Notes under the pieces: generated by a model | Databases searched by the model: none | The model's input: only the letters and a program-made list of their open reading frames with translations | Told to the model about the DNA's origin: nothing | Translations under genes and position numbers: made by a program | Source: Bacteroidetes bacterium B1(2017) | Lineage (GTDB): Bacteria; Bacteroidota; Bacteroidia; UKL13-3 | Direction of reading: 5' to 3' | Assembly (NCBI GenBank): GCA_002256395.1 | Contig: NKJG01000002.1 | Location: forward strand, 502,333-566,332 | DNA: 64,000 nt | Part shown: piece by piece, positions 48,597 through 58,582 of the stretch | How the letters are laid out: each line of letters opens with the position of its first letter | How positions within the stretch are numbered: the first letter of the stretch is position 1

Positions 48597-49874
48597 ATGC
48601 AAGGCTCAACACCACTAAAACCCTTAGCAGAGCGCGTTAGACCCAATACGCTATCTGATATGATTGGGCAAAAACACCTTTTGGCTCAAGGCGCTCCTAT
48701 TTACCAGGCCATACAAACTAAGAATATCCCTTCCATGATTTTTTGGGGCCCTCCTGGTGTTGGTAAAACAACTTTGGCAAGAATAATTGGAAATGAACTT
48801 GGACTAAATTTTTATTACCTAAGTGCCATCCAAGCTGGTGTTGCCGAGGTAAGAAAAGTAATTGAGGAAGCTAAGAAAATTGGCAAGGTATTACTATTCT
48901 TGGATGAGATTCATCGGTTCAATAAAAGCCAACAAGACGCTTTGTTAGGTGCAGTAGAAAATGGCAGCATTGTATTAATTGGAGCTACAACAGAGAACCC
49001 AAGCTTTGAAGTAAACAACGCATTGCTAAGTCGTGCTCAAGTATATGTATTAAATGAATTAAGCAAAGAAGAACTCATAGAACTTTTGGTTCAGGCCATT
49101 GCTAAAGATAGCTATTTGCAGCAGTTTAAAATAGAACTAAAGGAAGAAGAATTATTGCTTCAACATAGCGAAGGTGATGGTAGAAAATTGCTGAACCTTC
49201 TAGAACTGTTGGTTAGCCAGGTGCCTGCAGGAGAAGATATAATAATAACAAATGATTGGGTAGGAAAGGTTTTGCAAAAGAAAACCACCAAATATGATAA
49301 AGGTGGAGAGGAGCATTATAATGTTATCTCGGCCTTTATAAAATCTATTAGAGGTAGCGATCCTAATGCAGCAGTGTATTATTTAGCGCGCATGTTGGCA
49401 GGAGGCGAATCCATTGAATTTATTGCCCGAAGAATGTTGGTTCTGGCAAGCGAAGATATTGGCAATGCCAATCCAAATGCCCTTTTAATTGCGAGCAATT
49501 GTTTTGATGCTGTTCATAAAATTGGCATGCCTGAAGGAAGAATTATACTCTCTCAGTGTGCTGTGTATTTAGCTACATCGGTAAAGAGTAATGCCTCTTA
49601 CATGGCCATTGAAGAAGCAATGGCTACAGTTGCCAAAACAGGTAACTTACCTGTTCCATTACATTTACGTAATGCCCCTACCAAATTAATGAAAGAACTT
49701 AATTATGGAAAGGAATATGCCTATGCACATGCCTATAAAGATAATTTTGTGGAGCAAGAGTTTTTGCCAGAAAACATTAAAGGACAAAAGTTTTATGAGC
49801 CAGGAAACAACCCCAGAGAAAACGAACAAAGGGCCTTTTTAAAGGCACGTTGGAAAGATAAATACAAGTATTAG
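48597..49874 (+). CDS. rarA: Replication-associated recombination protein A (RarA/MgsA AAA+ ATPase)
   Basis: 425 aa. [48 protein letters not shown] and the C-terminal MgsA domain. Confidence 0.95.
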   Translation: MQGSTPLKPLAERVRPNTLSDMIGQKHLLAQGAPIYQAIQTKNIPSMIFWGPPGVGKTTLARIIGNELGLNFYYLSAIQAGVAEVRKVIEEAKKIGKVLLFLDEIHRFNKSQQDALLGAVENGSIVLIGATTENPSFEVNNALLSRAQVYVLNELSKEELIELLVQAIAKDSYLQQFKIELKEEELLLQHSEGDGRKLLNLLELLVSQVPAGEDIIITNDWVGKVLQKKTTKYDKGGEEHYNVISAFIKSIRGSDPNAAVYYLARMLAGGESIEFIARRMLVLASEDIGNANPNALLIASNCFDAVHKIGMPEGRIILSQCAVYLATSVKSNASYMAIEEAMATVAKTGNLPVPLHLRNAPTKLMKELNYGKEYAYAHAYKDNFVEQEFLPENIKGQKFYEPGNNPRENEQRAFLKARWKDKYKY

Positions 49875-49878
49875 GACC

Positions 49879-51036
49879 TTATTTTATATGATACCAAGGC
49901 ATATTAAAGAAGCCATTTTTTAGCTCAACAGTTACAACCTGACCAGGTTCTAAAGAATCATACTTTTGCCTGCTTATACTAATTTCTTCTGGTTCATTTT
50001 GCTTACCCCAAGTATCTATTTCAAAGTAATAGCTCGTGTATTTTCCGCTACTTGTTCGTTTGCTTAAAATGGTGGACGAATAATATTGAGGAGCACTCTT
50101 ATCTAATAAACCGTTTAAGGAGATAATTATACCAAAACTATACCCAAATAAAATAGCATAAATAATAAGTACTACAAAAAGGTCTTTGGCTTTGTGGTAT
50201 TCTAACTCCTTGTGATTTACTAATAAGAAAACTAATATAGATAAGGAAAGGATACTACTTGGAAGTATTATAGAACTTGAATCTATGAGGTTATAATCTG
50301 AAATGCCACGAATACATAAGATTAATGCCGGAAGAATTAAGGCTAAAGTTAGACTTGGATAAGCGCTTTTTTCTTTTTCATTTAATTTAATAAGCCCTTT
50401 GAAGTACTTAATAATTCCTATTACTAGCAGCGGTATTAAGAGGGCTCCAAACATTAATGGCTGGTAGGGTTTTGGGTAAAATAACAACCAAACTCCAACA
50501 ATAAATCCTACTATATTTAGTATGGTAGAAATACTTTGTGCTAAATGAAGTTTTTGGGCCCTCTCCTCCTCTGTCCAGCCAAAATGAGGATTGTTTAATA
50601 TTTCTTCCTTTTCGATATCAATTAATTCTGCATCTAAATTTTTGTAATAGTAAGACAACCATAATAAAATATCACCTGTATTTCCGTAATAGGTACTTAT
50701 TTTAATTTGTTTTCTATTGAGGGCATTTGTTTCAATAATGATGTGCTTATTTTCTTCCCTATATCCGCTAATTTCATCCAAATAAAGTTCCTTGTTATTA
50801 AATATTCCTTTGGTGTAAACTTTATCCTCTGCAATGACAAATTTTCCATAATAGGCATCTATAATGGCTAGGATTAATATGGCTATACCTGCAAGACAAA
50901 AACCCACTAACAAATAGGGATTTGAATCATTCTTGAAATCAATTCTAAAAATAAATATGCTTAAGGCTGTTACACCAATAGGTGATAGAATAAGAAAGAA
51001 AATTTTCCAAAAACGTGATAAGCTAAACTCTTGCAT
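49879..51036 (-). CDS. Polytopic membrane protein of unknown function
   Basis: About 385 aa. Two N-terminal TM, a soluble ~110-aa insert (GKFVIAEDKVYTKG...IIIETN, PH-like by pattern only), 5-6 more TM, and a small C-terminal beta-rich domain. No motif I recognise. Confidence 0.6.
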   Translation of the reverse strand: MQEFSLSRFWKIFFLILSPIGVTALSIFIFRIDFKNDSNPYLLVGFCLAGIAILILAIIDAYYGKFVIAEDKVYTKGIFNNKELYLDEISGYREENKHIIIETNALNRKQIKISTYYGNTGDILLWLSYYYKNLDAELIDIEKEEILNNPHFGWTEEERAQKLHLAQSISTILNIVGFIVGVWLLFYPKPYQPLMFGALLIPLLVIGIIKYFKGLIKLNEKEKSAYPSLTLALILPALILCIRGISDYNLIDSSSIILPSSILSLSILVFLLVNHKELEYHKAKDLFVVLIIYAILFGYSFGIIISLNGLLDKSAPQYYSSTILSKRTSSGKYTSYYFEIDTWGKQNEPEEISISRQKYDSLEPGQVVTVELKNGFFNMPWYHIK

Positions 51037-51051
51037 GAACAAAAATAAAGA

Positions 51052-52590
51052 TTACTCTAGAATAACTTTTCGAGTTATACTTTTTTCGCCATCCAAAATG
51101 CTTAGTAAATAAATTCCTGAACCTAAACCTGCTAAATCAATGGTGGATGCAAATGGAATACTTAAAACCTCCTGTCCTAAACAAGAATAAACTTTAAGAG
51201 TTGCTTCTGATGAGGCCTTATAATCTATATTTAAAATGCCATTTGTTGGATTTGGATATAGATTTAAAACCTGTTCTTGGTTTAGGGGAAATAAACCCGA
51301 AACTCCTGTGGTACGTAAAGAATACAAGTTATTGCCAGAAACAAAAAGCAGATTGGTTCCACTAGCAGATAAACCCTTAGTGCTAAAATTGCGAATGGTA
51401 TCGGCTAAAGAATAGGCTAGGCTAGTTCCACTTGGGGTTCCATTGGTTTTGTAAATTTGATCACTATGTAGGTAATCATTAGCTACAAAAAACATAGTAC
51501 CATTAACGGCTGTAAAAAATCTAGGATCGGACCCACCTGCATCTGTACCCAAATGTATATCTTTTAAAAGTACCGAATTAGATGGAGTAGCATCACCTGC
51601 ATATGGCTCCCAATCGTTATTGTCTTTACCACCTAAAAACAGTTTGTTGCCTAAAACGCCCAAACTATTACCCACATTGGTTAAGCCAAGCACAGCACCA
51701 AATGCAGAACCATCTGTTTGGTTCAGGGTTTTGTATACCGCACCCGATAAAAAATAGGCCTTATCATTGTATAATGTAAGGTTATTTATACTACCACCAC
51801 GAATAAGATAGGTTCCTGCAATAGATCCATCGCTGCGCCATAAATTGGAGGCTCCAAAGGTATTTGTAAATATAGCACAGGTGCTTGTTTGAACCATTCC
51901 ACCAATTTTGCTTGTGCTGTAATTAAAAACACTATCCTTTAATTTTGTGGTTCCAGCGAGTGTTCCATCGGTCTTCCATAAGGCAGAATAAGTATTATTA
52001 GGATAATTAACTACAAAAATAATCGCTGTTAATCCTGCTTTAAAAAAGGCTTTGTTTTCAAAGGTCTTTTTAACTATTAGTCCCGATTTTATCTCGGTGG
52101 TTCCAGCAGAATCGCCATAGGTTTTCCAAACACCTTCGTAATGAGGAGTGCCATGGGTATAGCTAAAATAGCCAACATTATTAATTACACTCAACCCTAA
52201 TAAAACGGCTGAATCTGTGGCAAAAGACCTTACTATTTGAGTTCCTGCAGGGGTTCCATTTGATTTATATAAAGCAGGTTTGCCCGCTCTATTTGGACCG
52301 AAAAAATAAAGTGTATTATTTATGGCAGCAAAATTTCCAATTTCACTAACAAATGAATCCTTTACTAATTTGGTTCCACCTGGAGTACCATCTGTTTTCC
52401 ATAATTGAAAATAGGCACCTTGTTTAACTTTAAAGTAGCTAGTATCGCCAATCGTTTTGTAATCTAATAAGGCCGAATCTGCAACTCCAACTTTTAATAA
52501 AGTAGGCTTTTGAGCAACAACTTTGGCCATAAAACCAAGGCTAAGTAGCAGAAATAAAATAAAAACTTTTTGAGTAATTTGTTTTTCCAT
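51052..52590 (-). CDS. ELWxxDGT-repeat protein with T9SS type-A C-terminal sorting domain
   Basis: 512 aa. Signal peptide. Repeats LWKTDGTPGGTKLV, LYKSNGTPAGTQIV, LWKTDGTLAGTTKL, LWRSDGSIAGTYLI and IYKTNGTPSGTSL. CTD LNLYPNPTNGILNI...RKVILE. Confidence 0.88.
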   Translation of the reverse strand: MEKQITQKVFILFLLLSLGFMAKVVAQKPTLLKVGVADSALLDYKTIGDTSYFKVKQGAYFQLWKTDGTPGGTKLVKDSFVSEIGNFAAINNTLYFFGPNRAGKPALYKSNGTPAGTQIVRSFATDSAVLLGLSVINNVGYFSYTHGTPHYEGVWKTYGDSAGTTEIKSGLIVKKTFENKAFFKAGLTAIIFVVNYPNNTYSALWKTDGTLAGTTKLKDSVFNYSTSKIGGMVQTSTCAIFTNTFGASNLWRSDGSIAGTYLIRGGSINNLTLYNDKAYFLSGAVYKTLNQTDGSAFGAVLGLTNVGNSLGVLGNKLFLGGKDNNDWEPYAGDATPSNSVLLKDIHLGTDAGGSDPRFFTAVNGTMFFVANDYLHSDQIYKTNGTPSGTSLAYSLADTIRNFSTKGLSASGTNLLFVSGNNLYSLRTTGVSGLFPLNQEQVLNLYPNPTNGILNIDYKASSEATLKVYSCLGQEVLSIPFASTIDLAGLGSGIYLLSILDGEKSITRKVILE

Positions 52591-52650
52591 AACCCAAAAT
52601 TACCCAAAAAGTTAAGACTTAAATGGTATCCCAAAAGATTAAAGAATTAA

Positions 52651-53388
52651 TTAAGAGACAGCTTCGTGTTGCAAACTCTTTTCTAATTCAATAGCCTTTG
52701 GAAACAAAATATTATTCTCTAAGTGGATATGCAAATGAAGGTCTTGTTCAAATTCCTTCAACATGGCATAAGCAACCCTATAGGTGGTGCAGCCATCGGC
52801 AGGTGGAGTATAATTAGAACTTAATTCAGAAATTTTTCTAAACCTATCCCCTTCCACCTCATGTTCGTTCATCATAACCTGAATTGGGTTTTGAACTGAA
52901 CCAAAACCTGCCTGTTCTAAAGACCTATTGGATTCTTTTGCAGCCTGTAATTTTTGTACATAAGGAAATAAAATTAACTCTTCCTTTTTCATGTGTGCAG
53001 CTAATTCGCCTGCTGCGGCCATAAATTGTTCGTTTATTTCAAACAATTCGGGATGGTTTGAACCGTGAACCTTACAAAGCTTATTTAAAAATTGTATAAG
53101 GGGTTCGGTATTATTTACAACATAGGTATGATGTATTTTTTGGATATAATTCACCAATAAATCTAAAGGCCAATTGGTAAAATTGGTAGCTAAGCTATTT
53201 CCAGCTTGTGTAATGGATGTTAACTCGTTTAATAGCTCCTTGCTATCTAACTGTTTAGTTTGGCAAACCTCTGCTAGTGTCTTTCCTCCTTTACAACAAA
53301 AGTCGATGCCATATTTTTGAAATACACTTGCGGTGCGGTAATCTGTGGCTACAAATGAGCCAATGGTTTTGTCTGTGTTTGTGTTCAT
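52651..53388 (-). CDS. ric: Iron-sulfur cluster repair di-iron protein (RIC/YtfE/ScdA family)
   Basis: I prefer the start at MNTNTDKTIGSF (53388). ScdA_N motif YGIDFCCKGGKTL. Hemerythrin-like His/Glu pattern (HHTYV, HPEL, HMKKEE, MMNEHE, HIHLENNILFP). Confidence 0.88.
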   Translation of the reverse strand: MNTNTDKTIGSFVATDYRTASVFQKYGIDFCCKGGKTLAEVCQTKQLDSKELLNELTSITQAGNSLATNFTNWPLDLLVNYIQKIHHTYVVNNTEPLIQFLNKLCKVHGSNHPELFEINEQFMAAAGELAAHMKKEELILFPYVQKLQAAKESNRSLEQAGFGSVQNPIQVMMNEHEVEGDRFRKISELSSNYTPPADGCTTYRVAYAMLKEFEQDLHLHIHLENNILFPKAIELEKSLQHEAVS

Positions 53389-53540
53389 CTTAAATTGATT
53401 AATTAGGTAATAAGCTTGTTTAAGAACACAAATGTAAAAAGAGAATTTATAATATCGGACAAAAACATCCTTTATTAACAAAAATCATATTTTGAGTTTA
53501 CTTCTCAAAATTAAAATAGGCTAGTTAAGTTATTGAATTA

Positions 53541-54800
53541 CTATTTATCAAATAAATAGCCACTATACGCCAAACCTTTTGCCACACTAATAAAATTATC
53601 GCCCGAATTTAGCTTGGTATTTGGAAACTTAGTTTTAAACAAATCTTGTATGCCTTGAACCAAAGATGTACCGCCAGTTAAAAATACACTATCAATTTGG
53701 CTTGGATTAATTTGATGCTGTACTAAAAAAGTATCGAGGTAGGCGTTTATTTTTAGGAGGTCTTTTTGTATAAGTTGATTGTATTGAGGCAAACTTATTT
53801 GCTCGTTTATTTCAATACCCAAATTTCTGTAGGCAAAGGTAGATTGAGGTAGAGACGAGAGTTCTATTTTAGTTTGTTCAATTGCTCTAAACACGGTATA
53901 GCCCAAATTATGTTCAATAAGTGTAAGCAAATTTTCAAACTTGGGGTTGTTCCTCGACAAATAGAAATAACGGTTGATGTCGTTTTTAATCTTTTGTCCA
54001 TTAAAGAAATTCATCTTTTCCCAAGAACAAATATTTGTAAAGAAGGATAAAGGCAAATCCAACATTTTTCCTGGACTAGATTCGTATTGCACTCCTCTTC
54101 CAAAATAAGGCGTACCACGTTCCCACATAAAGGCAGAGTCGAAGCTATCGCCGCCAATATAAATACCACCTGTTGCTAAAATATCCTTGCGACGATCTTT
54201 GCTCCCTATTCTCTTAGGGTCAAGTTCAATGAAGGTAAAATCTGTTGTACCACCACCCAAATCGGCTACCAATACATTTTCTTTATGGCTTATTGTTTTC
54301 TCGTAGGCGAATGCCGCACCAATGGGTTCAAACTGAAATGCTACTTCCTTTAAACCTGCCTTTATTGCGGCATTTTTAAGGCGTTGTTGGGCCAAAACAT
54401 CTTTTGTAGCATCATCATCATCAAAAAAAACTGGCCTACCTATAATGGCTCTTTCACCTATTTGGCCAATTCGTTCATCGGCCATTTTTTTAAGTGTGCC
54501 AATAATAAAACTTACTAAATCTGTTGCGGTATATTTGTTTGAACCAATGCGAGTATCTATAAAGCTGCTTCTGGGTAATACTCGTTTAATAGATTTCATA
54601 AATCTACCATCCATGCCATCAGCAATATATTGTTCGATGGCATTTGCTCCTACGGTGCAAGTTTCCTCCTCCTGGTTTTTAGGAAAATAAAGAATGGATG
54701 GAATACTAATCGTATCCACTATTTCTTGCGTGTGCTCATCAAAAATAGAAAGGGCCGAATTGGAAGTACCAAAATCGATACCATATAAATACTTGCTCAT
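53541..54800 (-). CDS. Hsp70/actin-fold ATPase without substrate-binding domain (YegD-like)
   Basis: I prefer the start at MSKYLYGIDFGTSNS (54800). Phosphate-1 GIDFGTSNS, phosphate-2 VADLGGGTTDF, adenosine motif LTGGTS. About 419 aa, so it carries only the nucleotide-binding domain. Confidence 0.85.
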   Translation of the reverse strand: MSKYLYGIDFGTSNSALSIFDEHTQEIVDTISIPSILYFPKNQEEETCTVGANAIEQYIADGMDGRFMKSIKRVLPRSSFIDTRIGSNKYTATDLVSFIIGTLKKMADERIGQIGERAIIGRPVFFDDDDATKDVLAQQRLKNAAIKAGLKEVAFQFEPIGAAFAYEKTISHKENVLVADLGGGTTDFTFIELDPKRIGSKDRRKDILATGGIYIGGDSFDSAFMWERGTPYFGRGVQYESSPGKMLDLPLSFFTNICSWEKMNFFNGQKIKNDINRYFYLSRNNPKFENLLTLIEHNLGYTVFRAIEQTKIELSSLPQSTFAYRNLGIEINEQISLPQYNQLIQKDLLKINAYLDTFLVQHQINPSQIDSVFLTGGTSLVQGIQDLFKTKFPNTKLNSGDNFISVAKGLAYSGYLFDK

Positions 54801-54871
54801 GTGTAGTTTTAGGGGCGGCCAAAATAGATTAAAAAACCATAGCCTCAAACCAAAATCCTATTAAAAATACC

Positions 54872-55390
54872 TTAAGGCAATTTGGCTAATTGTGCGAGCA
54901 CTCGCTTACTTCTACTAATAATACCAGCGCTTCCAAAAGGTAATAAATCTTCTAACAATGGAATCACTTCATTTTTAAGCTCTGGTTCCTTCTCACAAAT
55001 TCTATATAAAACTGTCATTGCAAAAGCCTTTACGGCCACAGGCTCATGCAAATCATGAATATATTTTATACATCTATCGGCCATAGGCCCCATTTCCTCT
55101 TCGGGCAAATCTATGTATTGTAAAAGCCGCAATACATTTCGTTTAATTGCCACATGCATTTTAGCATCTAGCAAAGTGCAAATAAAATGTATATGCTTTT
55201 GTGCCAATTTAGGATGTTGTTCTACAACAACGCTCAAGGGCCATGATGCTCTTTGCGTTAAGCGATAATCGCCCTTAGAAAAAACGCTTACTAATTCGGC
55301 AAATAGCTTTGGGTCTGAACCAATATAATTAACAATAAGCTCTGTATTTCGCTTACTGTGCTCGGCCATTAATTGCGCGGCTATATCCAT
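54872..55390 (-). CDS. All-helical HEAT/ARM-like repeat protein (possibly AlkD-like), function unknown
   Basis: 172 aa with a helical repeat pattern. Weak resemblance to DNA alkylation repair (AlkD-type) HEAT proteins, from memory only. Confidence 0.4.
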   Translation of the reverse strand: MDIAAQLMAEHSKRNTELIVNYIGSDPKLFAELVSVFSKGDYRLTQRASWPLSVVVEQHPKLAQKHIHFICTLLDAKMHVAIKRNVLRLLQYIDLPEEEMGPMADRCIKYIHDLHEPVAVKAFAMTVLYRICEKEPELKNEVIPLLEDLLPFGSAGIISRSKRVLAQLAKLP

Positions 55391-55402
55391 AGCAAAAAAG
55401 TA

Positions 55403-55768
55403 TTACTCCTCCTCCCTATTTACCGTTTCCATAGAAAAGGCAGGAATGCAAATGCTCCAATAAGTTGATTCTTCTGGAAATGGATTACTGTATTTTATAC
55501 GCGCTCCTGCTTTAATAAATAAGGTTTGTCCAGCCTCCAATACCACCACATCACCATCAATTTCAATTTGTTTTTTGCCACTAATCATAATGGTTAACTC
55601 ATCAAATTGGGGTGTTTGGTGAGGTTCTGTCCAAAAGGGAGGGGCAATCATATTGGCAGCGCTAAACCTTTGCTCGCCAGTACTAGCAAGACCAATATGT
55701 TCTTTAATAACTTTCCCGTCAGTTGTTGGAACCACAAAGGGTGCTTTTTGAATAAAGTATTTTTTCAT
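55403..55768 (-). CDS. Cupin domain protein
   Basis: 121 aa. Beta-rich small barrel pattern (ELTIMISGKKQIEIDGDVVVLEAGQTLFIKAGARIKYSN). Confidence 0.6.
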   Translation of the reverse strand: MKKYFIQKAPFVVPTTDGKVIKEHIGLASTGEQRFSAANMIAPPFWTEPHQTPQFDELTIMISGKKQIEIDGDVVVLEAGQTLFIKAGARIKYSNPFPEESTYWSICIPAFSMETVNREEE

Positions 55769-55776
55769 GTTTAAAA

Positions 55777-56157
55777 CTATTTATAGAAAACCGGATAAAA
55801 TGCATCTTCGAAGTGTGCAATATCTGCTTTTCCTTGAAAAATATTGATGGCAATTATGTCAAATCGAATGGGATCAACAATATTATATTTATGTAAATAG
55901 GTGGAAGCTGCCCTGGCAATATTTCTTTGTTTAGAAAAATCAACGGCCAATTCGGGGTGCACCAAAGCGGTGTGCCTGCACTTAACCTCCACAAACACGT
56001 AAAGCTTGTTTTTACAGCATATGAGGTCAATTTCAACTCTTCCAAATCGGTAGTTTTTTTCAAGAATTTGATAGCCATTTTTTACCAAATACTCAGCAGC
56101 CATTTCTTCCCCCAAACGCCCAGTTTCGAGGTTGTGTTTTTCGTTACTGTTTTCCAT
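55777..56157 (-). CDS. YraN family (UPF0102) endonuclease-like protein
   Basis: 126 aa. GRLGEEMAAEYLVKNGYQILEKNYR...EIDLI......FVEVKCR...RFDII. Confidence 0.88.
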   Translation of the reverse strand: MENSNEKHNLETGRLGEEMAAEYLVKNGYQILEKNYRFGRVEIDLICCKNKLYVFVEVKCRHTALVHPELAVDFSKQRNIARAASTYLHKYNIVDPIRFDIIAINIFQGKADIAHFEDAFYPVFYK

Positions 56158-56187
56158 ACTCTTATAAGTTAGGAAAAAAAATAAACC

Positions 56188-58491
56188 CTATCGAGTAGGT
56201 GAATAGATAAGTGAATGCGTATTTTGAAGGTAATATGTCTTTAATTCTTGGTTCCAAATAAAAGCCTTAAGGTTAAATTTGGCATCTGCAGAATTAATTT
56301 GTGGCAGAGTAATTCTACTTTGAAATTGTGTTTCTTTAGGGCTTATCCCCGCAGCATAATAAAACACGGTGCTATCCTTTAGGGTTCTAGCTTCCACAAT
56401 TAACTGCAAATTTTTATGCTCTGTTGCCTTAAAATCGAAGCTTACTTCTAGTTCGTTTTTTGAATTAGGGATAGAAACATTTTCAAACAAATTAATATAC
56501 TCCTTTGAATACTCTTTTCCAAAAGCTAAGTCTTCATTTGAAAAATGCAGCTTATATTGCAAGGCCTGGCAATACAGGGTATCAGGCATTAGTTTATTGT
56601 GTAAGCTTACCTCCTCACTTACTTTTCTAAACACATCTATTTCATTCAATAAACTATCCCGCTTTTGAGTATTTGAACTCGGAATTAAATTTAAGTTTTC
56701 ATCTACCTCAAATAAATCATTTTGAGTTAAATAATACCTTCCACTCAAATAGTCTATCACCTGCCTATTATCGTTCATAAATGCCAAAGGCTGTCCTAAA
56801 TCGCCATTTGTAGCTATTAGTTTCGAACCTAAAGCCGTTGAAAAATCAGGAGCCTTTACTCCATACCCATTTAAGTAAGAAAGTAAGGTTTCATAAACAT
56901 CTAAATGACTTACACGTGAACTAAAAACCTGGGCTCGTTTAAGTTTTGGAGAATAAATAATGAGAGGAACATGGTATCGCTTTAAGGAATTAGCAACAGG
57001 TACTTCTGTCATGGGATGATCTCCAGTAACGATAAAAATGGTATTCTTAAAATCACTACGAAAGGAATAGGCTTCAAAAAAATCTTTTAAAGCGTCGTCT
57101 ACAAAAAGCTCTGTAAGTAGGTATTTACGATAGGTTTCAAAAAACTTCTTTTGTTCCTTAGGCAAATTGGCAATGAGGGCAGAATACCTTGCTTCATAAG
57201 CTTCTTGGTTGGCAATTTTAAATGGGTTATGACTTGTACCCGTAAAGTAAATATCTAACCTAGGTTTGTTTTGCAAACTATCTGTAAACTGCAAGGCTTG
57301 CTTAAACAAATCCTTATCATTATAGCCCCAAAAGAAATTATCAGAGCCAACAATTATCTTTTCATACTGGTCATTAAAGGTTGTATTATCAATGCAATTA
57401 TCAATATGGTTGAACCTAAAAAAGCGATCCTTTTGATGAAACCAAGCGCCTTGCCCATAAAAGAAATTGCTTTGGTATTGGTTTGAACCTAACACAGATA
57501 CCAAACTAATATGTTGAGGTAATTTATTTAATAAAGTAAAGCCTTTGCTGCCATAGGGCAAGCTACCAGTTAAGGATGGAACTGCTGCAAATGAGCGCTC
57601 ACCTAGGGTAAAGGCATGGTTCCAATACAAACCCCTTTGAGCCAAACTACTTGTAAAGGGCATTAGGTTCAAACCATTATACGGGTGAATGTAGGCATCG
57701 TTTAAACCTTCCACTATCAAAAGAACAATATTGGGTTTGGTGTCAAATTTATTTAAATAGGGTTCTAAACATTCTTTGGATTCAAACCTATGTAAAAGAG
57801 GGTAGGCCGAACCAAGGAAATGTTTATTGGGATATAGTTTTTGAAAAGCTAAATAATCTTTTTCGAGGGCTCTAGAAGTATTGGTAAACAGCCATTCACA
57901 GGTTCTGGTATAAAAGAATTGTGATTTATTTATACTATAATGCTGTTTAGGAATTTCTAGATACCTAAACAAAAACAGCATTGGCAATGAACTATAAAAT
58001 ACACTCAGCACAAACACCTTTGGTAAGAACTTATCTGCAGAAACAATAAATTTAAAAGCCAAGCAAACCAAAAGCAGAAATACTAGTAGCACAGCGGCAG
58101 TAAACACATAGCTTGTATCGGAGGTATTTAGCGTAAATAGGATTTCTTTTAAGGGGTACTCAAACAAAAACGTATTGAGGGGTACTAATTGGTAAACAAA
58201 ATATTGGAGAATAAAATAGTGTGCCACAATTAATACAAGTAATACCCCTATCCAAAGCCTATAGGCCAATTTAGGCCAATTTTCATTTACCAAATACCAT
58301 AATGGATAACTAAGTAATAAGCCACTATTGGTAAAAACTAAATCTATTACTAAGCCCAAAATTTCCTTGGCAGCTAAGCCATCTTGGTAGCCAAAGTTTT
58401 TAAGCAATAAACCAAATTCAATGGCACGCATACACACTTGCAAAAGCATGTTAAACCAAAGTATCTTAATAAATGAACCAGCAGGCCTCAT
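56188..58491 (-). CDS. LTA-synthase/sulfatase-family membrane protein (alkaline-phosphatase-superfamily phosphotransferase)
   Basis: 767 aa. About 5-6 N-terminal TM, then a sulfatase-type domain (NIVLLIVEGLNDAY, FIVTGDHPM) plus an extra ~200-aa C-terminal region. Confidence 0.75.
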   Translation of the reverse strand: MRPAGSFIKILWFNMLLQVCMRAIEFGLLLKNFGYQDGLAAKEILGLVIDLVFTNSGLLLSYPLWYLVNENWPKLAYRLWIGVLLVLIVAHYFILQYFVYQLVPLNTFLFEYPLKEILFTLNTSDTSYVFTAAVLLVFLLLVCLAFKFIVSADKFLPKVFVLSVFYSSLPMLFLFRYLEIPKQHYSINKSQFFYTRTCEWLFTNTSRALEKDYLAFQKLYPNKHFLGSAYPLLHRFESKECLEPYLNKFDTKPNIVLLIVEGLNDAYIHPYNGLNLMPFTSSLAQRGLYWNHAFTLGERSFAAVPSLTGSLPYGSKGFTLLNKLPQHISLVSVLGSNQYQSNFFYGQGAWFHQKDRFFRFNHIDNCIDNTTFNDQYEKIIVGSDNFFWGYNDKDLFKQALQFTDSLQNKPRLDIYFTGTSHNPFKIANQEAYEARYSALIANLPKEQKKFFETYRKYLLTELFVDDALKDFFEAYSFRSDFKNTIFIVTGDHPMTEVPVANSLKRYHVPLIIYSPKLKRAQVFSSRVSHLDVYETLLSYLNGYGVKAPDFSTALGSKLIATNGDLGQPLAFMNDNRQVIDYLSGRYYLTQNDLFEVDENLNLIPSSNTQKRDSLLNEIDVFRKVSEEVSLHNKLMPDTLYCQALQYKLHFSNEDLAFGKEYSKEYINLFENVSIPNSKNELEVSFDFKATEHKNLQLIVEARTLKDSTVFYYAAGISPKETQFQSRITLPQINSADAKFNLKAFIWNQELKTYYLQNTHSLIYSPTR

Positions 58492-58582
58492 GATTTTCTA
58501 GTGCTATAGTTTGATTGAATAGTTCTACCTCCCACACTGCAATTATCGAGAACATTGTTGTACAAACTCAAAACTATTTTTT

